64,000 nt of DNA, taken from NCBI GenBank assembly GCA_963703685.1, contig CAVPFI010000007.1, forward strand, positions 3,662 to 67,661, in the 5' to 3' direction. A program made the translations under genes and the position numbers. Below the pieces are notes generated by a model, which ran no database searches, was not told the origin of the DNA, and worked only from the letters and a program-made list of their open reading frames with translations. The stretch is from an uncultured Acidobacteriaceae bacterium (GTDB lineage: Bacteria > Acidobacteriota > Terriglobia > Terriglobales > Acidobacteriaceae). Of this stretch, positions 35,311 through 45,180 are shown piece after piece; position 1 is the stretch's first letter, and each line of letters begins with the position of its first letter.

Positions 35311-35448
35311 TTCCCTGTCTGACCGACCAACGCCTCTGATAGGAATTTCCACCACGCCATCTCCTGACTCATCCAGCCCGCCAACAAAAAAGCCACCAGC
35401 ATCGCCGATGGCCTCTGTAAACCTCTGTGTCCTCTGTGGTTAAAGCTC

Positions 35449-35676
35449 TTAAAACTCGCCCGCCTGCACCAAAATCCGCTCACACCCCTTCCGATACTTC
35501 ACTCGCGCACTCGCGCACTTCGGCGGATCGATCCGCTCATCACAATGCAACAACGTAATCTCCGAAGCGCAATCGAGGGGGATCGCAAGATTCGGCAGCG
35601 ACGACCGCACCGCCCGCCGCCCGCATCCCAACCCACAAAACAAAACCGCCAGAAACAAAATCAATTTATGCCCCAT
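35449..35676 (-). CDS. small Cys-rich lipoprotein
   Basis: MGHKLILFLAVLFCGLGC has a lipobox. 75 aa with six further Cys residues. GAGGAAGTT lies before the ATG at 35676. Confidence 0.55.
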   Translation of the reverse strand: MGHKLILFLAVLFCGLGCGRRAVRSSLPNLAIPLDCASEITLLHCDERIDPPKCASARVKYRKGCERILVQAGEF

Positions 35677-35893
35677 AACTTCCTCGCCAAAATAAACTCC
35701 AAGAAAAGTCCACAAGGGTGCCCCATTTCTCGCAGCCTCTGCGAGAAGTGGGAGTCTCCACTCTAGTGCCAATAAAAAAGCCACCAGCTCTAGCCAGTGG
35801 CCACGAATCCACCCACATCTCTTTATATGGGGACAGCCGCCCCCGGCTGTCCTTCGAGCGCAGCTCGATCTTCAGCCCGCAAGCTAAGCTCCC

Positions 35894-38800
35894 TCACTGC
35901 AACTGTCTCACCGCAATCCGCACCGCATAAGTCCCGGTCCCCGTCGTGCAACCCGTATACGAAGTCGAATAAGTAATGTTGGCGCTCCCTGCGGACCACA
36001 GCGTCAAAGTTCCACTCCCGAAATTCGTAGCGTTCCCCAACGGCAACGAATTCCCTCCCGAAACCCCCGCTCCACTCAACGGTACTTGCAAAGTCTTCGC
36101 GCCCACCTCATCCGTCCAGCCGATCGTCACCGCCGTGGCCGCGCTCCCCGCCGTAGTGCAAGCCAATGTCGAGTCGAGATAGTAATTCACCACATACTGC
36201 CCCGCCCCACACGTCGCGCTCGCGCACAATGCCGTAGACGCAACCGCCGCCGTCAACCCAGTCGACGATGCCGTCCCATACACCGGCGCCAGCCCCGTGC
36301 CCGCCGTAGTCTTCCCGTTGTAAGTCGTCGCCGTACCGCTCATCACCAAATTTCGCCCCAGGTAAAAGTCTCTTACCCGCAGCGACGACGTTCCAATATC
36401 CCGCGTATTGTCGTTGAACGGTTTGAACGCCGTATTTGTATCCACTGCCCACTTGCACGAATTATTTACTCCGAAGCAAAGCCCGCGCTGCGATCCCCCT
36501 CCAGATCCCTGCTGGGTCTGCAATTCGTAATACGTGTCCCCCGGAACATACGCCAGCGACGCCCGCTCGTAACTCGTCGCACTCGTATAAGTCCCATACA
36601 CGTTGAAGGTCTGCACGTTTGGCCCGTTGTACTGCTCCACCGTATTCGCGTTCGTCACGTAAACCGGCGCTGCTCCCAGCCCATTCGTATTCGTCCAGTA
36701 TGCGAATTGCGAAACCGCCCCGCTCCCCCCAATCGTCCCGGTCCCCGGTGGGCACCCCACCGTCGTAATCGTCAGATTCCCCGTACCATCCGTGCACAGC
36801 GGCTGTCCCGTCCCAGTCACCGTCCCCGCCGTCATTAAGTTCGCCGACGGCGTCCCAATCGCACTCGTAAGCGCCGTCCCGTTCAAAGTCAGACTCGGCG
36901 TAACCACTCCCGTGCCAAAATATCCATTCCGCACTCGAAACGCCGTCGCTCCCAAGTCGTACGAGTTGTCGACGAACGGTTTCAAGAAGTCATTCTGATC
37001 AATCCCCCACCGCGCTGCACCATTCACCCAAAAAGCCAATCCGCGTTTCGTCCCCGTCCCCAACCCCTGCGCATCGATCTTGAAATAATTCGTATTCACC
37101 GTGTCGTAGCCTAGGAACATCCTCTCGTAGTCGCTCGCATCGCTCCGCGTCCCGTAAACGTTCAGTCCCTGCGGAGTCGTCCCGTTGTACTCTCCTAGAT
37201 CATTGGCATCTTCCTGCCACAAATTCGAAAAGTAAGAACTCGTCGCGGTCGTCGCCACTTTTACCGGCGTCCCACCATTCGCCGAGATATAGAAATTCCC
37301 ATCATTGGAGATCCCTAAAGCCGAAGTCCCCGCCCCCGCCGCCGCCATCGCCGTTCCCGGAACCGGCGAACTCACCATCCACGGCCCCGCAACTTGCAGT
37401 TGTCCATTCACTGTCAGGTTTCCGTTCACCACTGCCGAACTCCCGCTTCCAGGATTCACAGTGACATTCGTCGCGGCTGAGATGTCCGTCGTCCCTCCGT
37501 GCGCCGTGGCAAACGGAATAATTCCACCGGCCGTCTCATCCCGAATCCACAGCGATTGATCGCCGCCTGATCCCACGGCATAGATTTGCCAACGATTAGT
37601 ACTGCCGTAATCAAGAATCGCAAGTCCGCAATCCTGATAGGCCGTCGCTCCGCACTGGAGCTGAAAGAATCCACCGCTATTCACCGGGTCATTCAGCGAG
37701 AACGACTGCGAGATGAGCTGGTCATTGATCGTCCACCATCGCGGCACGCCCCAGCTGTAGTCGAAACTCATGTCGCCGCCCGTAACGAAGTTCGCCGAAG
37801 TCATCTTCGACGGCGGCTGATCGGCTTCCCAGTAAGGTGTGATCCATGTATTCGCAACCGCGGTCGTACTGCTAAAGAAAGGTCCGTGCGAAATTCCGCC
37901 GCCATAGCTGGTCAGCGCATTCGTCACCGCCGTAATGCAGTTCGCGGCCAGCTGCACCGTGTATTCGTTAAGCACCGAGGAGATCGTCGTAGTCAGCAGC
38001 CCACCGGAACTCCCAGCTCCCGCAACGTTGATCGCAGCTCCGGCCTGCGTATCCTTGCCGAACTGCGCGGACTGTGACGTAACTATAGCCTGTCCCGCCG
38101 GGCACGAAGCATCTCCCACTGTGCGAGTGGCATTGGCAAACATGTGCGTGGAACTATCCACACTGATCGTGCCCGAACTTTCACCGGCCACACTTGCGGC
38201 TACCCGAGAAAACGAAAAGTTGGTTGTACTGGTAAACCCAGTAACGTAATAGACGCCGTTGTAGTTGACCGTTCCCGCGATAACGATCCAGATGCCCTTC
38301 TGAATTCCCGGAACCGCACTCGCCGTCACAACGCTGCACGTAAACGAGGAAGCCGAGCAACTGATGCTCGATAGGTTGGAACTCGCTCCTGCCGCAATGC
38401 CCGCGTCGCGCCCGTTCGCCGTCGTGAAGGAACTGATGTGCGTATTCCCCAGGTTGGCATCATCCTCAATTCCCCAACCGCCCGCGTTGTAAGCCATGAA
38501 TCGAGTTTCCACGCCCGCGCTCGAATCGCCGCCGTGAATATAAAGGTTGTCATGCCAGTTGCCGTCGCCTTGCCCGCCCTTTACTTCCCATGAATCCGGC
38601 TGGCCGGTAAATCCGTTGATGACAACATTCGTCCCGTCAATATGAATCCCGTCGCGCGGATTGCAGTTCGCCTCCACCCGCTCAATCGTCGGCTCCCCGC
38701 CATAAACTAGAACCCCATCCGCAGCGCCCGTGAACGGATAAACCAGCGCATTGCCCGAACTGTAGCAAGCCGCCCCGCCGTTCGGCCAAGGCTTCCCTCC

Positions 38801-40130
38801 GCCAATTTCTTCAATGTCCCGTAGCGCGCACCCCATACACGACGGGTCGATCTGGAACCCCGTCACTCCGGCGGCAAATAGGAATACTGGAGCTCCCTGC
38901 CACATTTCATTCGCATTGCCTTCAATGACTGTTCCGTTGTATTTCAAGTGAAAAGTGCAACTCGAATAATAGTCGACGGTTGAATACGAGTCCCCGCCCT
39001 GCGTAGACGCGGCAACTTTCCTGACCAGCAACCGCTTCCCCGGATTCGCGTCAATGAACGCTTGAAAACTCGCGCAGTTGTCCGTCGTTCCATCCGCAAC
39101 CACCGCTGGATAGTCCGCCACGTCTGCAATAGCTTTCGTCTGATAAATGCCCGGTTGTCCGACTCCGTTCGAAACCAGTGCCGAGCCGTCCGCCACGCCC
39201 GTCGCGCCGATGCAAGCACCCCAAGTCCCATTCCCCAGCAAACAACTTCCCGCGGTTGCGCTGCCCGTTCCCAATTCGCTCGCCGGTACCAGTCCGGAAA
39301 TCAAATCCGCCTTCACCGACACTCCCTGATCCACATATTGCTTGGTCGCGGCCTGCAGCGCCGACGAAGGATTCGCCGGGAGATTTATTGGCCCCGTCAT
39401 CGTGCCGCCTGCGGTCGGTAAGAAAATTCCCCCTCCCAGGTTCGATACCGACTGATCCACATAGCGCCTTATTCGCAACCTGCCCCGTGCTCGTCGGAGC
39501 CGGAACGTTCGGCGCCGCCGAGAATGTCTTGGCCCCACTGATCGTTTCCGTTCCACTCAGATGCACCACGGCACTGTCATTCGCCTTCGTCGCCAGCTCC
39601 GAATTCACGTACTGCATCGACACTGGTTGACCCGCCACGCCCGACCCGGGTGTCGTCCGCACCGTCGCCAGGTTCGCCGGAGAAGTTGTTGGCACCATCC
39701 AGTACTCCGTCCTCACTTCGCCCGGCCCCAGCTGATAGACCACCGTGTAATACACCTCAGCCGGACTCGCTCCCACATTCGGCACCAGCGCTACGCTCAG
39801 CGTCCCATTCGCACCCAGCGTCGTAGTCGTCGTGCCCCCAGCCACCGCCGCTCCGCTTGCGGTCAGAAACGCCGGCCACGTAATGATCAGGCTTCCCTGC
39901 GCAGTGCTCCCGTCCGCCAGATAAACTGTATCCGCGATCGTGGTCGTCGCCGGTCCACTCTGCGGGGCAGGCGCCGCTCCCGAAGCCGTCAGCCCAAACC
40001 CGGCAACCATCGCCACGGCCATCCACCAATAAAAAAGCCGCCCACTAGGGCGGCGACCCGCGTCAAACATCGTCTCCTCCATCCACCTAGCCTCGGACGC
40101 ATTCGCCCGGGCCCTCTTCTTCGAACTCAA
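35894..40130 (-). CDS. tail-fibre-like / pectate-lyase-fold secreted protein of about 1,400 aa, split by an apparent 1-nt frameshift near 39467
   Basis: The 359-aa ORF is sensible up to ..APTSTGQVANK. The 1,220-aa ORF is sensible from RYVDQSVSNLGGGIFLPTAGGTMTGPINL..AATKQYVDQGV (phage-fibre-collar-like repeats). ADVADYPAVVADGTTDNCASFQAFIDA marks a beta-helix start. N-terminal signal/TM segment LFYWWMAVAMVAGFGLTASGA. Confidence 0.7.
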
Positions 40131-40277
40131 TTAGAACTTCTCAACTTCTAACTCAATTAGACTTCTCAACCCCTTGTCATCCCCACCGAAGCAGTGGAGA
40201 GCCTGCCCTGAGCGAAGTCGAAGGGGATCTGCTGTTCTCGGTAGCCAAGCAGTCCCTATCTAATCTGCCCAACGTCC

Positions 40278-40712
40278 TTACTGCCCCAGAAATTCCTCGA
40301 CGCTCCGCACATACACATCGGCAAAATCCGCTACCGGACGCTCTCTTTCAATCAGTTCCATCGCATTATGCAGGCTCCATCCCATCGAGCCCAAAAGAGC
40401 CAGCGCCATCATCGGCGCCCGGTGTACTCCAGCCGCACAATGGATCAACACCTTCGCATTCGATCCGGCCAGCGCCGCCTGCGCAAAATTCACGCCCCGC
40501 TCAAACAGGGCCGCCGGCTTCTCCTCGAAATCGTCGTCCGTCGGATTCCACAGCACCTCGATGCCGTGCATCGCGGCCAGCGGCGTGTCATCAAACTCGA
40601 TCTGCATGTCGATGATGTGCGTGATTCCCGCCTCCGCCACCTTCGCCATGTTATCCGCCGTCCAAATCCCGCCTCCGACCGCGATCCGATCGGTCAACCA
40701 TGTAATATCCAT
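40278..40712 (-). CDS. dual-specificity protein phosphatase (Cys-based)
   Basis: The HCxxGxxR P-loop IHCAAGVHRAP is present. The start MDITWLTDRIAVGG at 40712 is preferred, because the upstream part of the track ORF is repeat-derived. Confidence 0.75.
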   Translation of the reverse strand: MDITWLTDRIAVGGGIWTADNMAKVAEAGITHIIDMQIEFDDTPLAAMHGIEVLWNPTDDDFEEKPAALFERGVNFAQAALAGSNAKVLIHCAAGVHRAPMMALALLGSMGWSLHNAMELIERERPVADFADVYVRSVEEFLGQ

Positions 40713-40988
40713 CCCCGTCCTGTATCGCCTCTCGCGGGTGCCGCCCGTCTGGGTGCCCCATTTCTCGCGTCCTTTGCGAGAAGTGGGGACTTTCGTCCGC
40801 GGCCCCACCCAAACCGCCACCGCCGATTCTCGTCGCACCGTTCCGCCCTCATTCTACGGTATCGTTCACACTCATCAGAGAAACGTCAGTACTCGCGCCG
40901 CTCTTCCCCCAGCCTGTGGCCGGGTACCCCATCCTAGCCGCGTCCTTGGCGGCTAGGGTGCCGACTTTCATCGGTCCATTCCAAACGC

Positions 40989-41489
40989 TTACCGCGCTTC
41001 CTCGCCGCCATCGGCCAGCCCACTCAGAGAAGCATCCTGACTCTTTTCCTCGTCCGTCGCGTCCTCTGAACTCTTCTGCTCTATGCTTTGCTTGTTCGAT
41101 TCCTTCTCGCCCGCGTCTTTCCCCGAGGCCGGGGTCGGTTTCGCCGGTCTCACCGGTTCATCCTCTTCATCGCGCCCCACCGGTTCCGTCGGAAGGTCCA
41201 ATCGATTCAGCAAAGTCCTCGCCAGGCAATCTTCGTCCTCAGTGGCATGGCTTCCATCCGTCGACGCCGGATAAATTGCCGCCATCTCGAACAGATACTT
41301 CACCGTGGCCAGTTGTCCCTTCTCTCCCTCATCAATGACTGCCTTCGTCATCTTGTTGGCATGCGATTCCACCATTCGAGAGATGCCCTTTCGCACCTCC
41401 GCCGGATTCAACTCTTTCTTGCGCTTTGTCCCATTGCTCTTCTTCGCTTTCGTGTTCGCCGTCTTACTCTTCGCCTTTTTCTTGGTCAT
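40989..41489 (-). CDS. hypothetical protein with a Lys-rich N-terminus and an acidic C-terminus
   Basis: 166 aa. MTKKKAKSKTANTKAKKSNGTKRKK.. then ..GQLATVKYLFEMAAIYP.. then a D/E-rich tail. GGAGA RBS. No family recognised. Confidence 0.55.
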   Translation of the reverse strand: MTKKKAKSKTANTKAKKSNGTKRKKELNPAEVRKGISRMVESHANKMTKAVIDEGEKGQLATVKYLFEMAAIYPASTDGSHATEDEDCLARTLLNRLDLPTEPVGRDEEDEPVRPAKPTPASGKDAGEKESNKQSIEQKSSEDATDEEKSQDASLSGLADGGEEAR

Positions 41490-41526
41490 TGCCCCATACC
41501 CAAATCTCCTTGAACCACATCCTCGC

Positions 41527-41715
41527 CAAAAGCAAAGGGCGCGCTCTCAAAGCGCGCCCTTCACAGAGAGTTTATTTTTCCAACTCTCTATTTCCAGAAT
41601 ATCAAATTGCTAAGGGGTAACCGGCAAAATTTTAAACTTTATATTTCCCATCGTCGCAATCACTTGCGTCGATTCGATCCCTTTTACCCCCTTGACAACA
41701 TTTTTTCCGAATCGA
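41527..41715. repeat. copy A of a direct repeat unit of about 190 bp (terminator hairpin plus conserved ~70-nt core plus TTGACAA box)
   Basis: The core AACTCTCTATTTCCAGAATATCAAATTGCTAAGGGGTAACCGGCAAAATTTTAAACTTTATATTT is nearly identical to 41925-41990. The hairpin AGGGCGCGC tctcaaa GCGCGCCCT (41536-41560) is followed on the minus strand by a T-run. Confidence 0.8.
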
Positions 41716-41867
41716 CTTCTCTTGTCATTCCGACCCCCGAGCGAACGCGAGGGGCGGAGGAATCTGCTTTTCCTCGCCGCCTAATCAACGGTTTCAGGAA
41801 CGGCATGGCTTCAGCTGCGCCGCTCAAAGCCGCAAGTGATGCGGCCTTTGGCGCCTGAGCCTCTCTC

Positions 41868-42060
41868 CCAAAAAAGAAAGGCGCGCCCTGAACGACGCGC
41901 CTTCCACCATAAATTTCTTTTTTCTAACTCTCTATTTCCAGAATATCAAATCGCCAAGGGGTAACCGGCAAAATTTTAAACTTTATATTTGCCCTCCTCA
42001 CAATCACTTGAAGGGATTTGATCGTTTTTCCCCTCTTGACAAGAATTTTGTCGCGTCGAG
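41868..42060. repeat. copy B of the ~190-bp direct repeat unit; overlaps the 3' end of the 223-aa gene
   Basis: Hairpin AGGCGCG ccctgaacga CGCGCCT (41879-41902) with a minus-strand T-run, then the conserved core. The stop codon of the 223-aa ORF (41976-41978) lies inside the core. Confidence 0.8.
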
Positions 42061-42647
42061 ACCATCCGCTTCATCAATCCCACATCGATCAGAATCTCCG
42101 TCAACACATCCAACACCACCGGCATATAGTTCCGCACCGTCCTCTCCGTGCAGTGCAGCAGTTTGCCGGTTGCGACCTGGTCGTGCTCCTGCAGGATGTG
42201 CCGCGCGATCAATTGCCGCGAAAATTCATCCAGCCGGTCCAGGCATTTTTCCATGTCATGCACGAAGATGACGCGATCCTCGAACGTGACCACCGTGTAC
42301 GAAGTCACCTTCGCCCGAAAAAACTCCCGCCCCAGCAGCGAAGGCAGTCGTCCCGTTTCAATCGAGTAACGCATGTAGCGCCGCAACATCGCGACCGTCC
42401 TTCCCCGGTAGGTTCGCCGTTCCCGTTCGCGATCTTCCTCCGCCCGCAACCGCTGCTGGAACGAATCCAGTTCTACGATTTCCTCGGGCCGCCGCCGCCG
42501 GAATCTGCGCGCTCGAATCTGGTGCGCGGGTAAGTGTTGCGCCGCTGGTTGCTCCTCCGAGCGTCGCGTCCGCCGCGGAAATCCGGGGCTCGCCCCAATC
42601 TCCGGACGTTCCGCCTCGGCTGCCATCCATGCAATCAGTGTGCTCAT
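41976..42647 (-). CDS. putative HTH / sigma-70 region-4-like regulator
   Basis: 223 aa. An Arg-rich N-terminal half, then LDEFSRQLIARHILQEHDQVATGKLLHCTERTVRNYMPVVLDVL (HTH-like). Its start overlaps the stop of the upstream zinc-ribbon gene (ATGA at 42644-42647). Confidence 0.5.
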   Translation of the reverse strand: MSTLIAWMAAEAERPEIGASPGFPRRTRRSEEQPAAQHLPAHQIRARRFRRRRPEEIVELDSFQQRLRAEEDRERERRTYRGRTVAMLRRYMRYSIETGRLPSLLGREFFRAKVTSYTVVTFEDRVIFVHDMEKCLDRLDEFSRQLIARHILQEHDQVATGKLLHCTERTVRNYMPVVLDVLTEILIDVGLMKRMVSTRQNSCQEGKNDQIPSSDCEEGKYKV

Positions 42648-42916
42648 GCCGCACCTCCCGCCGCTTCGAAGTCGTTGAAGTCGTCAGTTTCGACTTCGAA
42701 CTCATAGTCCTCGACTACCGTGGGCGGCCTTACTGGCAGGACGATCCGGCTCGGTTTCTGCTTCCCAGCGGGCAAGTCCGCCACCTTGAGCTGACAGCTG
42801 TTGCAGTAAACTCCTGCTCCGCGCTCCCGCACCCATAAACTTCCGCAGTGCTCGCAGTACTTCAATTCCACTCCGACTTCCTTCTTCACTTCGCCCTTCT
42901 CTTCGCTTTTCATCAC
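42644..42916 (-). CDS. small zinc-ribbon protein
   Basis: 90 aa with CEHC..(15)..CNSC and an acidic C-terminus. Translationally coupled to the HTH-like gene. Confidence 0.55.
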   Translation of the reverse strand: MMKSEEKGEVKKEVGVELKYCEHCGSLWVRERGAGVYCNSCQLKVADLPAGKQKPSRIVLPVRPPTVVEDYEFEVETDDFNDFEAAGGAA

Positions 42917-43011
42917 CCCTCCAGATTTTGTTGCTTTGGAATTTCTACCTGCTTCGCGCCTTGTGCCGTCCTCTGGCGGGCCCGCCAGCTCTCTGCCTCA
43001 AGCTCATGTCC

Positions 43012-43061
43012 AAAAAAAGCCCTGCGCCGATTCCGCGGCTTGCGGAACCGAACGCAGGGCT
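43012..43061 (-). terminator. rho-independent terminator after the DUF2292-like gene
   Basis: Minus strand: AGCCCTGCG..loop..CGCAGGGCT followed by TTTTTTT (A-run 43012-43018 on the plus strand). Confidence 0.6.
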
Positions 43062-43174
43062 CGTTTCTCTTACGATGACCTGCTTGAGCTATTTAGTTTG
43101 ATTACGTTCTACAACAACCGCTCGGCATCGGTACGTCATAACTGACTTGTATCGGGGCAGTTTCTAACCACGCT

Positions 43175-43414
43175 CTACAGTTTGTGCGTACTCTCGTCAT
43201 CTGCACTTCCTTTCTGCCGCTGATGGAAATAATTTTCCTCGTAGCCGGACTTGAGTACGCGCCCGTTTTGCATCATCACGGTCACTTTTCCCGAGAAGTG
43301 GAGCGACATCAGCAGGTGCTCCATGGACGCAGACAATACTTCGGCCGACTTCACCTTGCGCCGAAATTCGCCGAAATCCCTTTCTTCGTTTGGATTTCCT
43401 AGATGACTCGTCAT
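43175..43414 (-). CDS. small DUF2292-like (YezD-like) protein
   Basis: 79 aa. GKVTVMMQNGRVLKSGYEE resembles the G.V.(I/V).VQ.G..V..E motif of DUF2292. Confidence 0.45.
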   Translation of the reverse strand: MTSHLGNPNEERDFGEFRRKVKSAEVLSASMEHLLMSLHFSGKVTVMMQNGRVLKSGYEENYFHQRQKGSADDESTHKL

Positions 43415-43558
43415 GGCTTTCCACCGCGGAGCATAGTGGCCTCTAAGATTTTGCGATCCTATAGCTGTGAATTTTCTCAGTCAAGGTTGGATAGACCAAC
43501 GCGACCTGTGGAAATCTTTCCGACGACGCGCCCTGCTAAAAGCCGCTGCTAGCTTCGC

Positions 43559-43588
43559 GCTTCTCCAATCGATGCTTCTCCAATCGAT
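43559..43588. repeat. perfect tandem duplication of a 15-mer (GCTTCTCCAATCGAT x2)
   Basis: Each unit contains the palindrome ATCGAT. Lies about 145-175 nt upstream of the ATG at 43414 (minus-strand sense). Confidence 0.7.
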
Positions 43589-43793
43589 GGCAGGAAGCCA
43601 CAACTACGTATCCACGGCTGATACCCGGGATAGCCTTGCTGATCGACCGTCATTACAACTCACTTAAGCTATATCGCAAAGATGCGCTCAATATGTACGC
43701 TGTTCTGAAAACGATACTTGCGTGGTGCGATACGCCGAAGTCGCCGGAAATCCAGCAATGGCAACGCAAACGGTTCCGAATCGCACTCGGCCG

Positions 43794-43902
43794 TAGAGAC
43801 GTTGCTTGCCACGTCTCTGCCGCCATCATTTGGAATTTTCGCAGCGGTAATGTTCGCAGGTGGAATGGTCGCAGGCAGAGACGTAGCGAGCTACGTCTCT
43901 AC
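43794..43902. repeat. two Family-G hairpins with an identical stem (AGAGACGT ... ACGTCTCT)
   Basis: 43794-43819 is TAGAGACGTtgcttgccACGTCTCTG. 43875-43902 is GCAGAGACGTagcgagctACGTCTCTAC. Confidence 0.7.
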
Positions 43903-43918
43903 ACACATTCGCGGAGCT

Positions 43919-44764
43919 TCACTTCAAATCCGCCAAATCCGCCTGTAACTGCTGCATGCTGAAGCCTTGCGGAGCCTGTTCTTTTCCATTCAGATAGTCC
44001 GTGCTGAGGATGGCATAGGCTTCGTCGCAATAGGCTTCCCAGAACGACCAGGTCATAACCTGCAACGCCCCCCAGGTCACCACCGTGACGCCGCGGACAT
44101 CGTAAGCCACTACAGGAATGGCATGTCCGCCCCAGGACCCGGGCTTTCCATCCCCCGTCGGGCCGCCAGGAGGAACCGACCAGGGCTGATGATTCTGCAC
44201 CTGGCCTTGCGCGCTGATGGGCAGCTGCACTCCGATATAGCAGCCTTCGAAGATATATACCGAATCCATGATGTGGTTGTGGTTGGCGGGTTCGAGCGCC
44301 ATATACGCGCCAATCTTGTGACCGGCGATTCCGGTTTGCCGCCAGTAATTCAGAACGTCAATCTCCTGGGCGCCATTGTCATTGGCTCCGGTCACGGGAT
44401 TGTAGCCAGTGATGGCCGAATACGCGGCCACGATCTGCTGATCGGTGGGCGTCGCCATTTTCTTCCCGGCATTTGCCGTCCATTCCATGATCAGGTGGCC
44501 CGCGGCCGCGCAGGTGCAATCGCCAATCTGATCGTTGTCCATCATGCCCCACGAGGCGCCGACCTTCGGCGAAAGATCAAAACTCGCCGGCGGCACTGGC
44601 AGGCTCGGCGTAATATAAGAGGCCAGCAACAGCGTGCGCGGATCGTGCCGCGCCACTCCCTTGCCCAGTTTGAGTTTACGGGGATCTATCCGCGTAGGAT
44701 CCTGCCGCATGGTGACGCCAGTTCGAGAGTCGGGTACTGAACGGTCCAGCTTTCTCACAGCCAT
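43919..44764 (-). CDS. papain-like (C1-like) cysteine peptidase family protein
   Basis: 281 aa. NDQIGDCTCAAAGH (Gln/Cys nucleophile context) and GGHAIPVVAYD (catalytic His context), followed by W-rich VTWGALQVMTWSFW. GAAGGAGA RBS. Confidence 0.55.
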   Translation of the reverse strand: MAVRKLDRSVPDSRTGVTMRQDPTRIDPRKLKLGKGVARHDPRTLLLASYITPSLPVPPASFDLSPKVGASWGMMDNDQIGDCTCAAAGHLIMEWTANAGKKMATPTDQQIVAAYSAITGYNPVTGANDNGAQEIDVLNYWRQTGIAGHKIGAYMALEPANHNHIMDSVYIFEGCYIGVQLPISAQGQVQNHQPWSVPPGGPTGDGKPGSWGGHAIPVVAYDVRGVTVVTWGALQVMTWSFWEAYCDEAYAILSTDYLNGKEQAPQGFSMQQLQADLADLK

Positions 44765-45180
44765 GGGAGTCTCCTTCGGAGAGAATCGAAATTGCTGAGA
44801 ATTTGCGCAACTCGAAAAAGGGTTCGGGCCGCTCGCAGCAATGCCGGTCGCGAACGGGAGTTACCGGGGGAGGACGTTGGGCGAATCCTAGATCCCGAAC
44901 GGAGGCGAGATCGGGCGAGGCGATAAAATTGTTACGAAAAACGAACAAGAGGAGGCCGTTCAGATGGGAACCCGTCGATCTTCTGTTTAATGAAACGGAT
45001 TCCACGGTCAGGTCCCGCTTCGACCTTCCTTGAGCTGCAACCGCACTTCCCTACGCAGCCGTGCTGCAAGCGCGATTCGTCAGGGATGCCTTCAACACTG
45101 AAAAGGTCCCGACCCGTCCTACACGTTGAACGTGCAGGCAAAGTCAGGACCCGTATCGGCACTGAGTCTTCGCGTCCGTT

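Noticed and set aside
35894-39556. N-terminal ~30 codons of the 1,220-aa ORF (MERKRSVGPRHSRRRRTF..), plus the first ~65 codons of ORF 25616-26626 and the first 73 codons of ORF 12806-15241
   Set aside because: These Arg-rich leaders are out-of-frame read-through of the upstream gene half, or of repeat DNA. The real proteins continue from the neighbouring frame or start at an internal Met.
28227-40130. Diversity-generating retroelement acting on the fibre-like or giant proteins
   Set aside because: No reverse-transcriptase-like ORF (YxDD motif) and no obvious template/variable repeat pair were seen by eye.
43636-43962. 108-aa and 76-aa plus-strand ORFs
   Set aside because: They are built almost entirely from the two AGAGACGT..ACGTCTCT hairpin repeats, so this is most likely non-coding DNA.
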